A stretch of DNA of 64,000 nt, taken from assembly GCA_964016885.1 (NCBI GenBank), contig OZ024759.1, positions 1,550,001-1,614,000 on the forward strand, given 5' to 3'. The position numbers and the translations under genes were made by a program. The notes under the pieces are model-generated. The model saw only the letters and a program-made list of their open reading frames with translations, was not told where the DNA came from and made no database searches. Source of the DNA: Eledone cirrhosa. Its lineage: Eukaryota. This document shows, in pieces, positions 1 through 13,269 of the stretch (position 1 is the stretch's first letter; each line of letters opens with the position of its first letter).

Positions 1-1299
1 GTAACATGACAAAGTCTATATTAGTAACATGACAAAGTCTATATTAGTAACATGACAAAGTCTATATTAGTAACATGACAAAGTCTATATTAGTAGTATG
101 ACAAAGTCTATATTAGTAACATGACAGTCTATATTAGTAACATGATAAATCTATATTAGTAGCATGACAAAGTCTATATTAGTAGCATGACACAGTCTAT
201 ATTAGTAACATGACACAGTCTATATTAGTAAAATGACACAGTCTATATTAGTAACATGACAAAGTCTATATTAGTAGCATGACAAAGTCTATATTAGTAA
301 CATGACAAAGTCTATATTAGTAACATGACACAGTCTATATTAGTAACATGACAAAGTCTATATTAGTAACATGACAAAGTCTATATTAGTAACATGACAG
401 TCTATATTAGTAACATGACAAAGTCTATATTAGTAACATGACAAAGTCTCTATTAGTAACATGACAAAGTCTATATTAGTAACATGACAGTCTATATTAG
501 TAACATGACAAAGTCTCTATTAGTAACATGACAAAGTCTATATTAGTAACATGACAGTCTATATTAGTAACATGACAAAGTCTATATTAGTAACATGACA
601 GTCTATATTGTAACATGACACAGTCTATATTAGTAACATGACACAGTTTATATTAGTAACATGACAAAGTCTATATTAGTAACATGACAAAGTCTATATT
701 AGTAACATGACAGTCTATATTGTAACACGACACAGTCTATATTAGTAACATGACACAGTCTATATTAGTAACATGACAGTCTATATTAGTAACATGACAA
801 AGTCTATATTAGTAACATGACAAAGTCTATATTAGTAACATGACAAAGTCTATATTAGTAACATGACAAAGTCTATATTAGTAGCATGACAAAGTCTATA
901 TTAGTAACATGACACAGTCTATATTAGTAACATGACAAAGTCTATATTAGTAACATGACACAGTCTATATTAGTAACATGACAAAGTCTATATTAGTAAC
1001 ATGACACTGTCTATATTAGTAACTTGACCAAGTCTATATTAGTAACATGACACAGTCTATATTAGTAACATGACACAGTCTATATTAGTAACATGACAAA
1101 GTCTATATTAGTAGCATGACAAAGTCTATATTAGTAACATGACAAAGTCTATATTAGTAACATGACACAGTCTATGTTAGTAACATGACAAAGTCTATAT
1201 TAGTAACATGACAAAGTCTATATTAGTAACATGACACAGTCTATATTAGTAACATGACAAAGTCTATATTAGTAGCATGACAAAGTCTATATTAGTAAC

Positions 1300-4200
1300 A
1301 TGACACAGTTTATATTAGTAACATGACATAGTCTATATTAGTAACATGACAAAGTCTATATTAGTAACATGACAGTCTATATTGTAACATGACACAGTCT
1401 ATATTAGTAACATGACACAGTCTATATTAGTAACATGACAGTCTATATTAGTAACATGACAAAGTCTATATTAGTAACATGACAAAGTCTATATTAGTAA
1501 CATGACAAAGTCTATATTAGTAACATGACAAAGTCTATATTAGTAGCATTACACAGTCTATATTAGTAACATGACAAAGTCTATATTAGTAACATGACAC
1601 AGTCTATATTAGTAACATGACAAAGTCTATATTAGTAACATGACAAAGTCTATATTAGTAACATGACACAGTCTATATTAGTAACATGACAAAGTCTATA
1701 TTAGTAACATGACACTGTCTATATTAGTAACTTGACAAAGTCTATATTAGTAACATGACACAGTCTATATTAGTAACATGACACAGTCTATATTAGTAAC
1801 ATGACAAAGTCTATATTAGTAACATGACAAAGTCTATATTAATAACATGACAAAGTCTATATTAGTAACATGACACAGTCTATATTAGTAACATGACAAA
1901 GTCTATATTAGTAGCATGACAAAATCTATATTAGTAACATGACAGTCTATATTAGTAACATGACAAAGTCTATATTAGTAACATGACAGTCTATATTGTA
2001 CCATGACACAGTCTATATTAGTAACATGACATAGTCTATATTAGTAACATGACAAAGTCTATATTAGTAACATGACAGTCTATATTGTAACATGACACAG
2101 TCTATATTGGTAACATGACACAGTCTATATTAGTAACATGACAGTCTATATTAGTAACATGACAAAGTCTATATTAGTAACATGACAAAGTCTATATTAG
2201 TAACATGACAAAGTCTATATTAGTAACATGACAAAGTCTATATTAGTAGTATGACAAAGTCTATATTAGTAACATGACAGTCTATATTAGTAACATGATA
2301 AATCTATATTAGTAGCATGACAAAGTCTATATTAGTAGCATGACACAGTCTATATTAGTAACTTGACACAGTCTATATTAGTAAAATGACACAGTCTATA
2401 TTAGTAACATGACAAAGTCTATATTAGTAGCATGACAAAGTCTATATTAGTAACATGACAAAGTCTATATTAGTAACATGACACAGTCTATATTAGTAAC
2501 ATGACAAAGTCTATATTAGTAACATGACAAAGTCTATATTAGTAACATGACAGTCTATATTAGTAACATGACAAAGTCTATATTAGTAACATGACAAAGT
2601 CTCTATTAGTAACATGACAAAGTCTATATTAGTAACATGACAGTCTATATTAGTAACATGACAAAGTCTCTATTAGTAACATGACAAAGTCTATATTAGT
2701 AACATGACAGTCTATATTAGTAACATGACAAAGTCTATATTAGTAACATGACAGTCTATATTGTAACATGACACAGTCTATATTAGTAACATGACACAGT
2801 TTATATTAGTAACATGACAAAGTCTATATTAGTAACATGACAAAGTCTATATTAGTAACATGACAGTCTATATTGTAACACGACACAGTCTATATTAGTA
2901 ACATGACACAGTCTATATTAGTAACATGACAGTCTATATTAGTAACATGACAAAGTCTATATTAGTAACATGACAAAGTCTATATTAGTAACATGACAAA
3001 GTCTATATTAGTAACATGACACTGTCTATATTAGTAACTTGACAAAGTCTATATTAGTAACATGACACAGTCTATATTAGTAACATGACACAGTCTATAT
3101 TAGTAACATGACAGTCTATATTAGTAACATGACAAAGTCTATATTAGTAACATGACAAAGTCTATATTAGTAACATGACAAAGTCTATATTAGTAACATG
3201 ACAAAGTCTATATTAGTAGTATGACAAAGTCTATATTAGTAACATGACAGTCTATATTAGTAACATGATAAATCTATATTAGTAGCATGACAAAGTCTAT
3301 ATTAGTAGCATGACACAGTCTATATTAGTAACATGACACAGTCTATATTAGTAAAATGACACAGTCTATATTAGTAACATGACAAAGTCTATATTAGTAG
3401 CATGACAAAGTCTATATTAGTAACATGACAAAGTCTATATTAGTAACATGACACAGTCTATATTAGTAACATGACAAAGTCTATATTAGTAACATGACAA
3501 AGTCTATATTAGTAACATGACAGTCTATATTAGTAACATGACAAAGTCTATATTAGTAACATGACAAAGTCTCTATTAGTAACATGACAAAGTCTATATT
3601 AGTAACATGACAGTCTATATTAGTAACATGACAAAGTCTCTATTAGTAACATGACAAAGTCTATATTAGTAACATGACAGTCTATATTAGTAACATGACA
3701 AAGTCTATATTAGTAACATGACAGTCTATATTGTAACATGACACAGTCTATATTAGTAACATGACACAGTTTATATTAGTAACATGACAAAGTCTATATT
3801 AGTAACATGACAAAGTCTATATTAGTAACATGACAGTCTATATTGTAACACGACACAGTCTATATTAGTAACATGACACAGTCTATATTAGTAACATGAC
3901 AGTCTATATTAGTAACATGACAAAGTCTATATTAGTAACATGACAAAGTCTATATTAGTAACATGACAAAGTCTATATTAGTAACATGACAAAGTCTATA
4001 TTAGTAGCATGACAAAGTCTATATTAGTAACATGACACAGTCTATATTAGTAACATGACAAAGTCTATATTAGTAACATGACACAGTCTATATTAGTAAC
4101 ATGACAAAGTCTATATTAGTAACATGACACTGTCTATATTAGTAACTTGACCAAGTCTATATTAGTAACATGACACAGTCTATATTAGTAACATGACACA

Positions 4201-7200
4201 GTCTATATTAGTAACATGACAAAGTCTATATTAGTAGCATGACAAAGTCTATATTAGTAACATGACAAAGTCTATATTAGTAACATGACACAGTCTATGT
4301 TAGTAACATGACAAAGTCTATATTAGTAACATGACAAAGTCTATATTAGTAACATGACACAGTCTATATTAGTAACATGACAAAGTCTATATTAGTAGCA
4401 TGACAAAGTCTATATTAGTAACATGACACAGTCTATATTAGTAACATGACAAAGTCTATATTAGTAGCATGACAAAGTCTATATTAGTAACATGACAAAG
4501 TCTATATTAGTAACATGACGGTCTATATTGTAACATGACACAGTCTATATTAGTAACATGACACAGTCTATATTAGTAACATGACAGTCTATATTAGTAA
4601 CATGACAAAGTCTATATTAGTAACATGACAAAGTCTATATTAGTAACATGACATAGTCTATATTAGTAGTATGACAAAGTCTATATTAGTAACATGACAG
4701 TCTATATTAGTAACATGATAAATCTATATTAGTAGCATGACAAAGTCTATATTAGTAGCATGACACAGTCTATATTAGTAACATGACACAGTCTATATTA
4801 GTAACATGACACAGTCTATATTAGTAACATGACAAAGTCTATATTAGTAGCATGACAAAGTCTATATTAGTAACATGACAAAGTCTATATTAGTAACATG
4901 ACACAGTCTATATTAGTAACATGACAAAGTCTATATTAGTAACATGACAAAGTCTCTATTAGTAACATGACAAAGTCTATATTAGTAACATGACAGTCTA
5001 TATTAGTAACATGACAAAGTCTCTATTAGTAACATGACAAAGTCTATATTAGTAACATGACAGTCTATATTAGTAACATGACAAAGTCTATATTAGTAAC
5101 ATGACAGTCTATATTGTAACATGACACAGTCTATATTAGTAACATGACACAGTTTATATTAGTAACATGACATAGTCTATATTAGTAACATGACAAAGTC
5201 TATATTAGTAACATGACAGTCTATATTGTAACATGACACAGTCTATATTAGTAACATGACACAGTCTATATTAGTAACATGACAGTCTATATTAGTAACA
5301 TGACAAAGTCTATATTAGTAACATGACAAAGTCTATATTAGTAACATGACAAAGTCTATATTAGTAACATGACAAAGTCTATATTAGTAGCATTACACAG
5401 TCTATATTAGTAACATGACAAAGTCTATATTAGTAACATGACACAGTCTATATTAGTAACATGACAAAGTCTATATTAGTAACATGACAAAGTCTATATT
5501 AGTAACATGACACAGTCTATATTAGTAACATGACAAAGTCTATATTAGTAACATGACACTGTCTATATTAGTAACTTGACAAAGTCTATATTAGTAACAT
5601 GACACAGTCTATATTAGTAACATGACACAGTCTATATTAGTAACATGACAAAGTCTATATTAGTAACATGACAAAGTCTATATTAATAACATGACAAAGT
5701 CTATATTAGTAACATGACACAGTCTATATTAGTAACATGACAAAGTCTATATTAGTAGCATGACAAAATCTATATTAGTAACATGACAGTCTATATTAGT
5801 AACATGACAAAGTCTATATTAGTAACATGACAGTCTATATTGTACCATGACACAGTCTATATTAGTAACATGACATAGTCTATATTAGTAACATGACAAA
5901 GTCTATATTAGTAACATGACAGTCTATATTGTAACATGACACAGTCTATATTGGTAACATGACACAGTCTATATTAGTAACATGACAGTCTATATTAGTA
6001 ACATGACAAAGTCTATATTAGTAACATGACAAAGTCTATATTAGTAACATGACAAAGTCTATATTAGTAACATGACAAAGTCTATATTAGTAGTATGACA
6101 AAGTCTATATTAGTAACATGACAGTCTATATTAGTAACATGATAAATCTATATTAGTAGCATGACAAAGTCTATATTAGTAGCATGACACAGTCTATATT
6201 AGTAACTTGACACAGTCTATATTAGTAAAATGACACAGTCTATATTAGTAACATGACAAAGTCTATATTAGTAGCATGACAAAGTCTATATTAGTAACAT
6301 GACAAAGTCTATATTAGTAACATGACACAGTCTATATTAGTAACATGACAAAGTCTATATTAGTAACATGACAAAGTCTATATTAGTAACATGACAGTCT
6401 ATATTAGTAACATGACAAAGTCTATATTAGTAACATGACAAAGTCTCTATTAGTAACATGACAAAGTCTATATTAGTAACATGACAGCCTATATTAGTAA
6501 CATGACAAAGTCTCTATTAGTAACATGACAAAGTCTATATTAGTAACATGACAGTCTATATTAGTAACATGACAAAGTCTATATTAGTAACATGACAGTC
6601 TATATTGTAACATGACACAGTCTATATTAGTAACATGACACAGTTTATATTAGTAACATGACAAAGTCTATATTAGTAACATGACAAAGTCTATATTAGT
6701 AACATGACAGTCTATATTGTAACACGACACAGTCTATATTAGTAACATGACACAGTCTATATTAGTAACATGACAGTCTATATTAGTAACATGACAAAGT
6801 CTATATTAGTAACATGACAAAGTCTATATTAGTAACATGACAAAGTCTATATTAGTAACATGACAAAGTCTATATTAGTAGCATGACAAAGTCTATATTA
6901 GTAACATGACACAGTCTATATTAGTAACATGACAAAGTCTATATTAGTAACATGACACAGTCTATATTAGTAACATGACAAAGTCTATATTAGTAACATG
7001 ACACTGTCTATATTAGTAACTTGACAAAGTCTATATTAGTAACATGACACAGTCTATATTAGTAACATGACACAGTCTATATTAGTAACATGACAGTCTA
7101 TATTAGTAACATGACAAAGTCTATATTAGTAACATGACAAAGTCTATATTAGTAACATGACAAAGTCTATATTAGTAACATGACAAAGTCTATATTAGTA

Positions 7201-9350
7201 GTATGACAAAGTCTATATTAGTAACATGACAGTCTATATTAGTAACATGATAAATCTATATTAGTAGCATGACAAAGTCTATATTAGTAGCATGACACAG
7301 TCTATATTAGTAACATGACACAGTCTATATTAGTAAAATGACACAGTCTATATTAGTAACATGACAAAGTCTATATTAGTAGCATGACAAAGTCTATATT
7401 AGTAACATGACAAAGTCTATATTAGTAACATGACACAGTCTATATTAGTAACATGACAAAGTCTATATTAGTAACATGACAAAGTCTATATTAGTAACAT
7501 GACAGTCTATATTAGTAACATGACAAAGTCTATATTAGTAACATGACAAAGTCTCTATTAGTAACATGACAAAGTCTATATTAGTAACATGACAGTCTAT
7601 ATTAGTAACATGACAAAGTCTCTATTAGTAACATGACAAAGTCTATATTAGTAACATGACAGTCTATATTAGTCACATGACAAAGTCTATATTAGTAACA
7701 TGACAGTCTATATTGTAACATGACACAGTCTATATTAGTAACATGACACAGTTTATATTAGTAACATGACAAAGTCTATATTAGTAACATGACAAAGTCT
7801 ATATTAGTAACATGACAGTCTATATTGTAACACGACACAGTCTATATTAGTAACATGACACAGTCTATATTAGTAACATGACAGTCTATATTAGTAACAT
7901 GACAAAGTCTATATTAGTAACATGACAAAGTCTATATTAGTAACATGACAAAGTCTATATTAGTAGCATGACAAAGTCTATATTAGTAACATGACACAGT
8001 CTATATTAGTAACATGACAAAGTCTATATTAGTAACATGACACAGTCTATATTAGTAACATGACAAAGTCTATATTAGTAACATGACACTGTCTATATTA
8101 GTAACTTGACCAAGTCTATATTAGTAACATGACACAGTCTATATTAGTAACATGACACAGTCTATATTAGTAACATGACAAAGTCTATATTAGTAGCATG
8201 ACAAAGTCTATATTAGTAACATGACAAAGTCTATATTAGTAACATGACACAGTCTATGTTAGTAACATGACAAAGTCTATATTAGTAACATGACAAAGTC
8301 TATATTAGTAACATGACACAGTCTATATTAGTAACATGACAAAGTCTATATTAGTAGCATGACAAAGTCTATATTAGTAACATGACACAGTCTATATTAG
8401 TAACATGACAAAGTCTATATTAGTAGCATGACAAAGTCTATATTAGTAACATGACAAAGTCTATATTAGTAACATGACGGTCTATATTGTAACATGACAC
8501 AGTCTATATTAGTAACATGACACAGTCTATATTAGTAACATGACAGTCTATATTAGTAACATGACAAAGTCTATATTAGTAACATGACAAAGTCTATATT
8601 AGTAACATGACATAGTCTATATTAGTAGTATGACAAAGTCTATATTAGTAACATGACAGTCTATATTAGTAACATGATAAATCTATATTAGTAGCATGAC
8701 AAAGTCTATATTAGTAGCATGACACAGTCTATATTAGTAGCATGACACAGTCTATATTAGTAACATGACACAGTCTATATTAGTAACATGACAAAGTCTA
8801 TATTAGTAGCATGACAAAGTCTATATTAGTAACATGACAAAGTCTATATTAGTAACATGACACAGTCTATATTAGTAACATGACAAAGTCTATATTAGTA
8901 ACATGACAGTCTATATTAGTAACATGACAAAGTCTATATTAGTAACATGACAAAGTCTATATTAGTAACATGACAGTCTATATTAGTAACATGACAAAGT
9001 CTCTATTAGTAACATGACAAAGTCTATATTAGTAACATGACAGTCTATATTAGTAACATGACAAAGTCTATATTAGTAACATGACAGTCTATATTGTAAC
9101 ATGACACAGTCTATATTAGTAACATGACACAGTTTATATTAGTAACATGACATAGTCTATATTAGTAACATGACAAAGTCTATATTAGTAACATGACAGT
9201 CTATATTGTAACATGACACAGTCTATATTAGTAACATGACACAGTCTATATTAGTAACATGACAGTCTATATTAGTAACATGACAAAGTCTATATTAGTA
9301 ACATGACAAAGTCTATATTAGTAACATGACAAAGTCTATATTAGTAACAT
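1300..9350. repeat. ~3.9-kb higher-order duplication within the satellite
   Basis: Rare markers recur at matching offsets: cattacac 1547/5391 and ttggtaa 2107/5951 (3844 bp); aacttgaccaag 4144/8103 and gacggtc 4517/8476 (3959 bp). Confidence 0.8.
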
Positions 9351-12300
9351 GACAAAGTCTATATTAGTAGCATGACACAGTCTATATTAGTAACATGACA
9401 AAGTCTATATTAGTAACATGACACAGTCTATATTAGTAACATGACAAAGTCTATATTAGTAACATGACACAGTCTATATTAGTAACATGACACAGTCTAT
9501 ATTAGTAACATGACAAAGTCTATATTAGTAGCATGACAAAGTCTATATTAGTAACATGACAAAGTCCATATTAGTAACATGACACAGTCTATGTTAGTAA
9601 CATGACAAAGTCTATATTAATAACATGACAAAGTCTATATTAGTAACATGACACAGTCTATATTAGTAACATGACAAAGTCTATATTAGTAGCATGACAA
9701 AGTCTATATTAGTAACATGACACAGTCTATATTAGTAACATGACAAAGTCTATATTAGTAGCATGACAAAGTCTATATTAGTAACATGACAAAGTCTATA
9801 TTAGTAACATGACACACTCTATATTAGTAACATGACAGTCTATATTAGTAACATGACAGTCCATATTAGTAGCATGACAAAGTCTATATTAGTAACAGGA
9901 CAAAGTCTATATTAGTAACATGACAGTCTATATTAGTAACATGACAAAGTCTCTATTAGTAACATGACACGTCTATATTAGTAACATGACAGTCTATATT
10001 AGTAACATGACAAAGTCTATATTAGTAACATGACAGTCTATATTGTAACATGACACAGTCTATATTAGTAACATGACACAGTTTATATTAGTAACATGAC
10101 ATAGTCTATATTAGTAACATGACAAAGTCTATATTAGTAACATGACAGTCTATATTGTCACATGACACAGTCTATATTAGTAACATGACACAGTCTATAT
10201 TAGTAACATGACAGTCTATATTAGTGACATGACAAAGTCTATATTAGTAACATGACAAAGTCTATATTAGTAACATGACAAAGTCTATATTAGTAACAGG
10301 ACAAAGTCTATATTAGTAGCATGACACAGTCTATATTAGTAACATGACAAAGTCTATATTAGTAACATGACACAGTCTATATTAGTAACATGACAAAGTC
10401 TATATTAGTAACATGACAACGTCTATATTAGTAACATGACACAGTCTATATTAGTAACATGACAAAGTCTATATTAGTAACATGACACTGTCTATATTAG
10501 TAACTTGACAAAGTCTATATTAGTAACATGACACAGTCTATATTAGTAACATGACACAGTCTATATTAGTAACATGACAAAGTCTATATTAGTAGCATGA
10601 CAAAGTCTATATTAGTAACATGACAAAGTCTATATTAGTAACATGACACAGTCTATGTTAGTAACATGACAAAGTCTATATTAGTAACATGACAAAGTCT
10701 ATATTAGTAACATGACACAGTCTATATTAGTAACATGACAAAGTCTATATTAGTAGCATGACAAAGTCTATATTAGTAACATGACACAGTCTATATTAGT
10801 AACATGACAAAGTCTATATTAGTAGCATGACAAAGTCTATATTAGTAACATGACAAAGTCTATATTAGTAACATGACACAGTCTATATTAGTAACATGAC
10901 ACAGTCTATATTAGTAACATCACACAGTCTATATTAGTAACATGACAAAGTCTATATTAGTAACATGGCAAAGTCTATATTAGTAACATGACAAAGTCTA
11001 TATTAGTAACATGACAAGGCCTATATTAGTAACATGACACAGTCTATATTAGTAACATGACAAAGTCTATATTAGTAACATGACAAAGTCTATATTAGTA
11101 ACATGACAAAGTCTATATTAGTAACATGACAGTCTATATTAGTAACATGACACAGTCTATATTAGTAACATGACAAAGTCTACATTAGTAACATGACACA
11201 GTCTATATTAGTAACATGACACAGTCTATATTAGTAACATGACACAGTTTATATTAGTAACATGACAAAGTCTATATTAGTAACATGACAAAGTCTATAT
11301 TAGTAACATGGCAGTCTATATTAGTAACATGACAAAGTCTATATTAGTAACATGACACAGTCTATATTAGTAACATGACAAAGACTCTATTAGTAACATG
11401 ACAAAGTCTATATTAGTAACATGACAGTCTATATTAGTAACATGACAAAATCTATACTAGTAACATGACAGTCTATATTAGTAACATGACAAAGTCTATA
11501 TTAGTAACATGACAGTCTATATTGTACCATGACACAGTCTATATTAGTAACATGACACAGTCTATATTAGTAACATGACAGTCTATATTAGTAACATGAC
11601 AAAGTCTATATTAGTAACATGACAAAGTCTATATTAGTAACATGACAAAGTCTATATTAGTAACATGACAAAGTCTATATTAGTAGCATGACACAGTCTA
11701 TATTAGTAACATGACAAAGTCTATATTAGTAACATGACAAAGTCTATATTAGTAGCATGACACAGTCTATATTAGTAACATGACAAAGTCTATATTAGTA
11801 ACATGACACAGTCTATATTAGTAACATGACAAAGTCTATATTAGTAACATGACAAAGTCTATATTAGTAACATGACACAGTCTATATTAGTAACATGACA
11901 AAGTCTATATTAGTAACATGACACTGTCTATATTAGTAACTTGACAAAGTCTATATTAGTAACATGACACAGTCTATATTAGTAACATGACACAGTCTAT
12001 ATTAGTAACATGACACAGTCTATATTAGTAACATGACAAAGTCTATATTAGTAGCATGACAAAGTCTATATTAGTAACATGACAAAGTCTATATTAGTAA
12101 CATGACACAGTCTATGTTAGTAACATGACAAAGTCTATATTAGTAACATGACAAAGTCTATATTAGTAACATGACACAGTCTATATTAGTAACATGACAA
12201 AGTCTATATTAGTAGCATGACAAAGTCTATATTAGTAACATGACACAGTCTATATTAGTAACATGACAAAGTCTATATTAGTAGCATGACAAAGTCTATA

Positions 12301-13269
12301 TTAGTAACATGACAAAGTCTATATTAGTAACATGACACAGTCTATATTAGTAACATGACAGTCTATATTAGTAACATGACAGTCCATATTAGTAGCATGA
12401 CAAAGTCTATATTAGTAACATGACAAAGTCTATATTAGTAACATGACACAGTCTATATTAGTAACATGACACAGTCTATATTAGTAACATCACACAGTCT
12501 ATATTAGTAACATGACAAAGTCTATATTAGTAACATGGCAAAGTCTATATTAGTAACATGACAAAGTCTATATTAGTAACATGACAAGGCCTATATTAGT
12601 AACATGACACAGTCTATATTAGTAACATGACAAAGTCTATATTAGTAACATGACAGTCTGTATTAGTAACATGACAAAGTCTATATTAGTAACATGACAA
12701 AGTCTATATTATTAACATGACAGTCTATATTAGTAACATGACACAGTCTATATTAGTAACATGACAAAGTCTACATTAGTAACATGACACAGTCTATATT
12801 AGTAACATGACACAGTCTATATTAGTAACATGACACAGTCTATATTAGTAACATGACAAAGTCTATATTAGTAACATGGCAGTCTATATTAGTAACATGA
12901 CATAGTCTATATTAGTAACATGACACAGTCTATATTAGTAACATGACAGTCTATATTAGTAACATGACAAAGTCTATATTAGTAACATGACAAAGTCTAT
13001 ATTAGTAACATGACAAAGTCTATATTAGTAACATGACAAAGTCTATATTAGTAGCATGACACAGTCTATATTAGTAACATGACAAAGTCTATATTAGTAA
13101 CATGACACAGTCTATATTAGTAACATGACAAAGTCTATATTAGTAACATGACACAGTCTATATTAGTAACATGACATAGTCTATATTAGTAACATGACAA
13201 AGTCTATATTAGTAGCATGACACAGTCTATATTAGTAACATGACACAGTCTATATTAGTAACATGACAC

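Noticed and set aside
6-32. Repeated micro-ORF ATG ACA AAG TCT ATA TTA GTA ACA TGA (MTKSILVT*) or a repetitive protein gene
   Set aside because: It is a by-product of the monomer. The 23-bp period is not a multiple of 3, and stop codons close every frame within a few units on both strands.
1171-1185. TACTAAC branch-point motif (minus strand of gttagta; plus strand at ~55213) and TATA-like TATATTA
   Set aside because: These are short chance matches inside satellite monomers with no gene or intron context.
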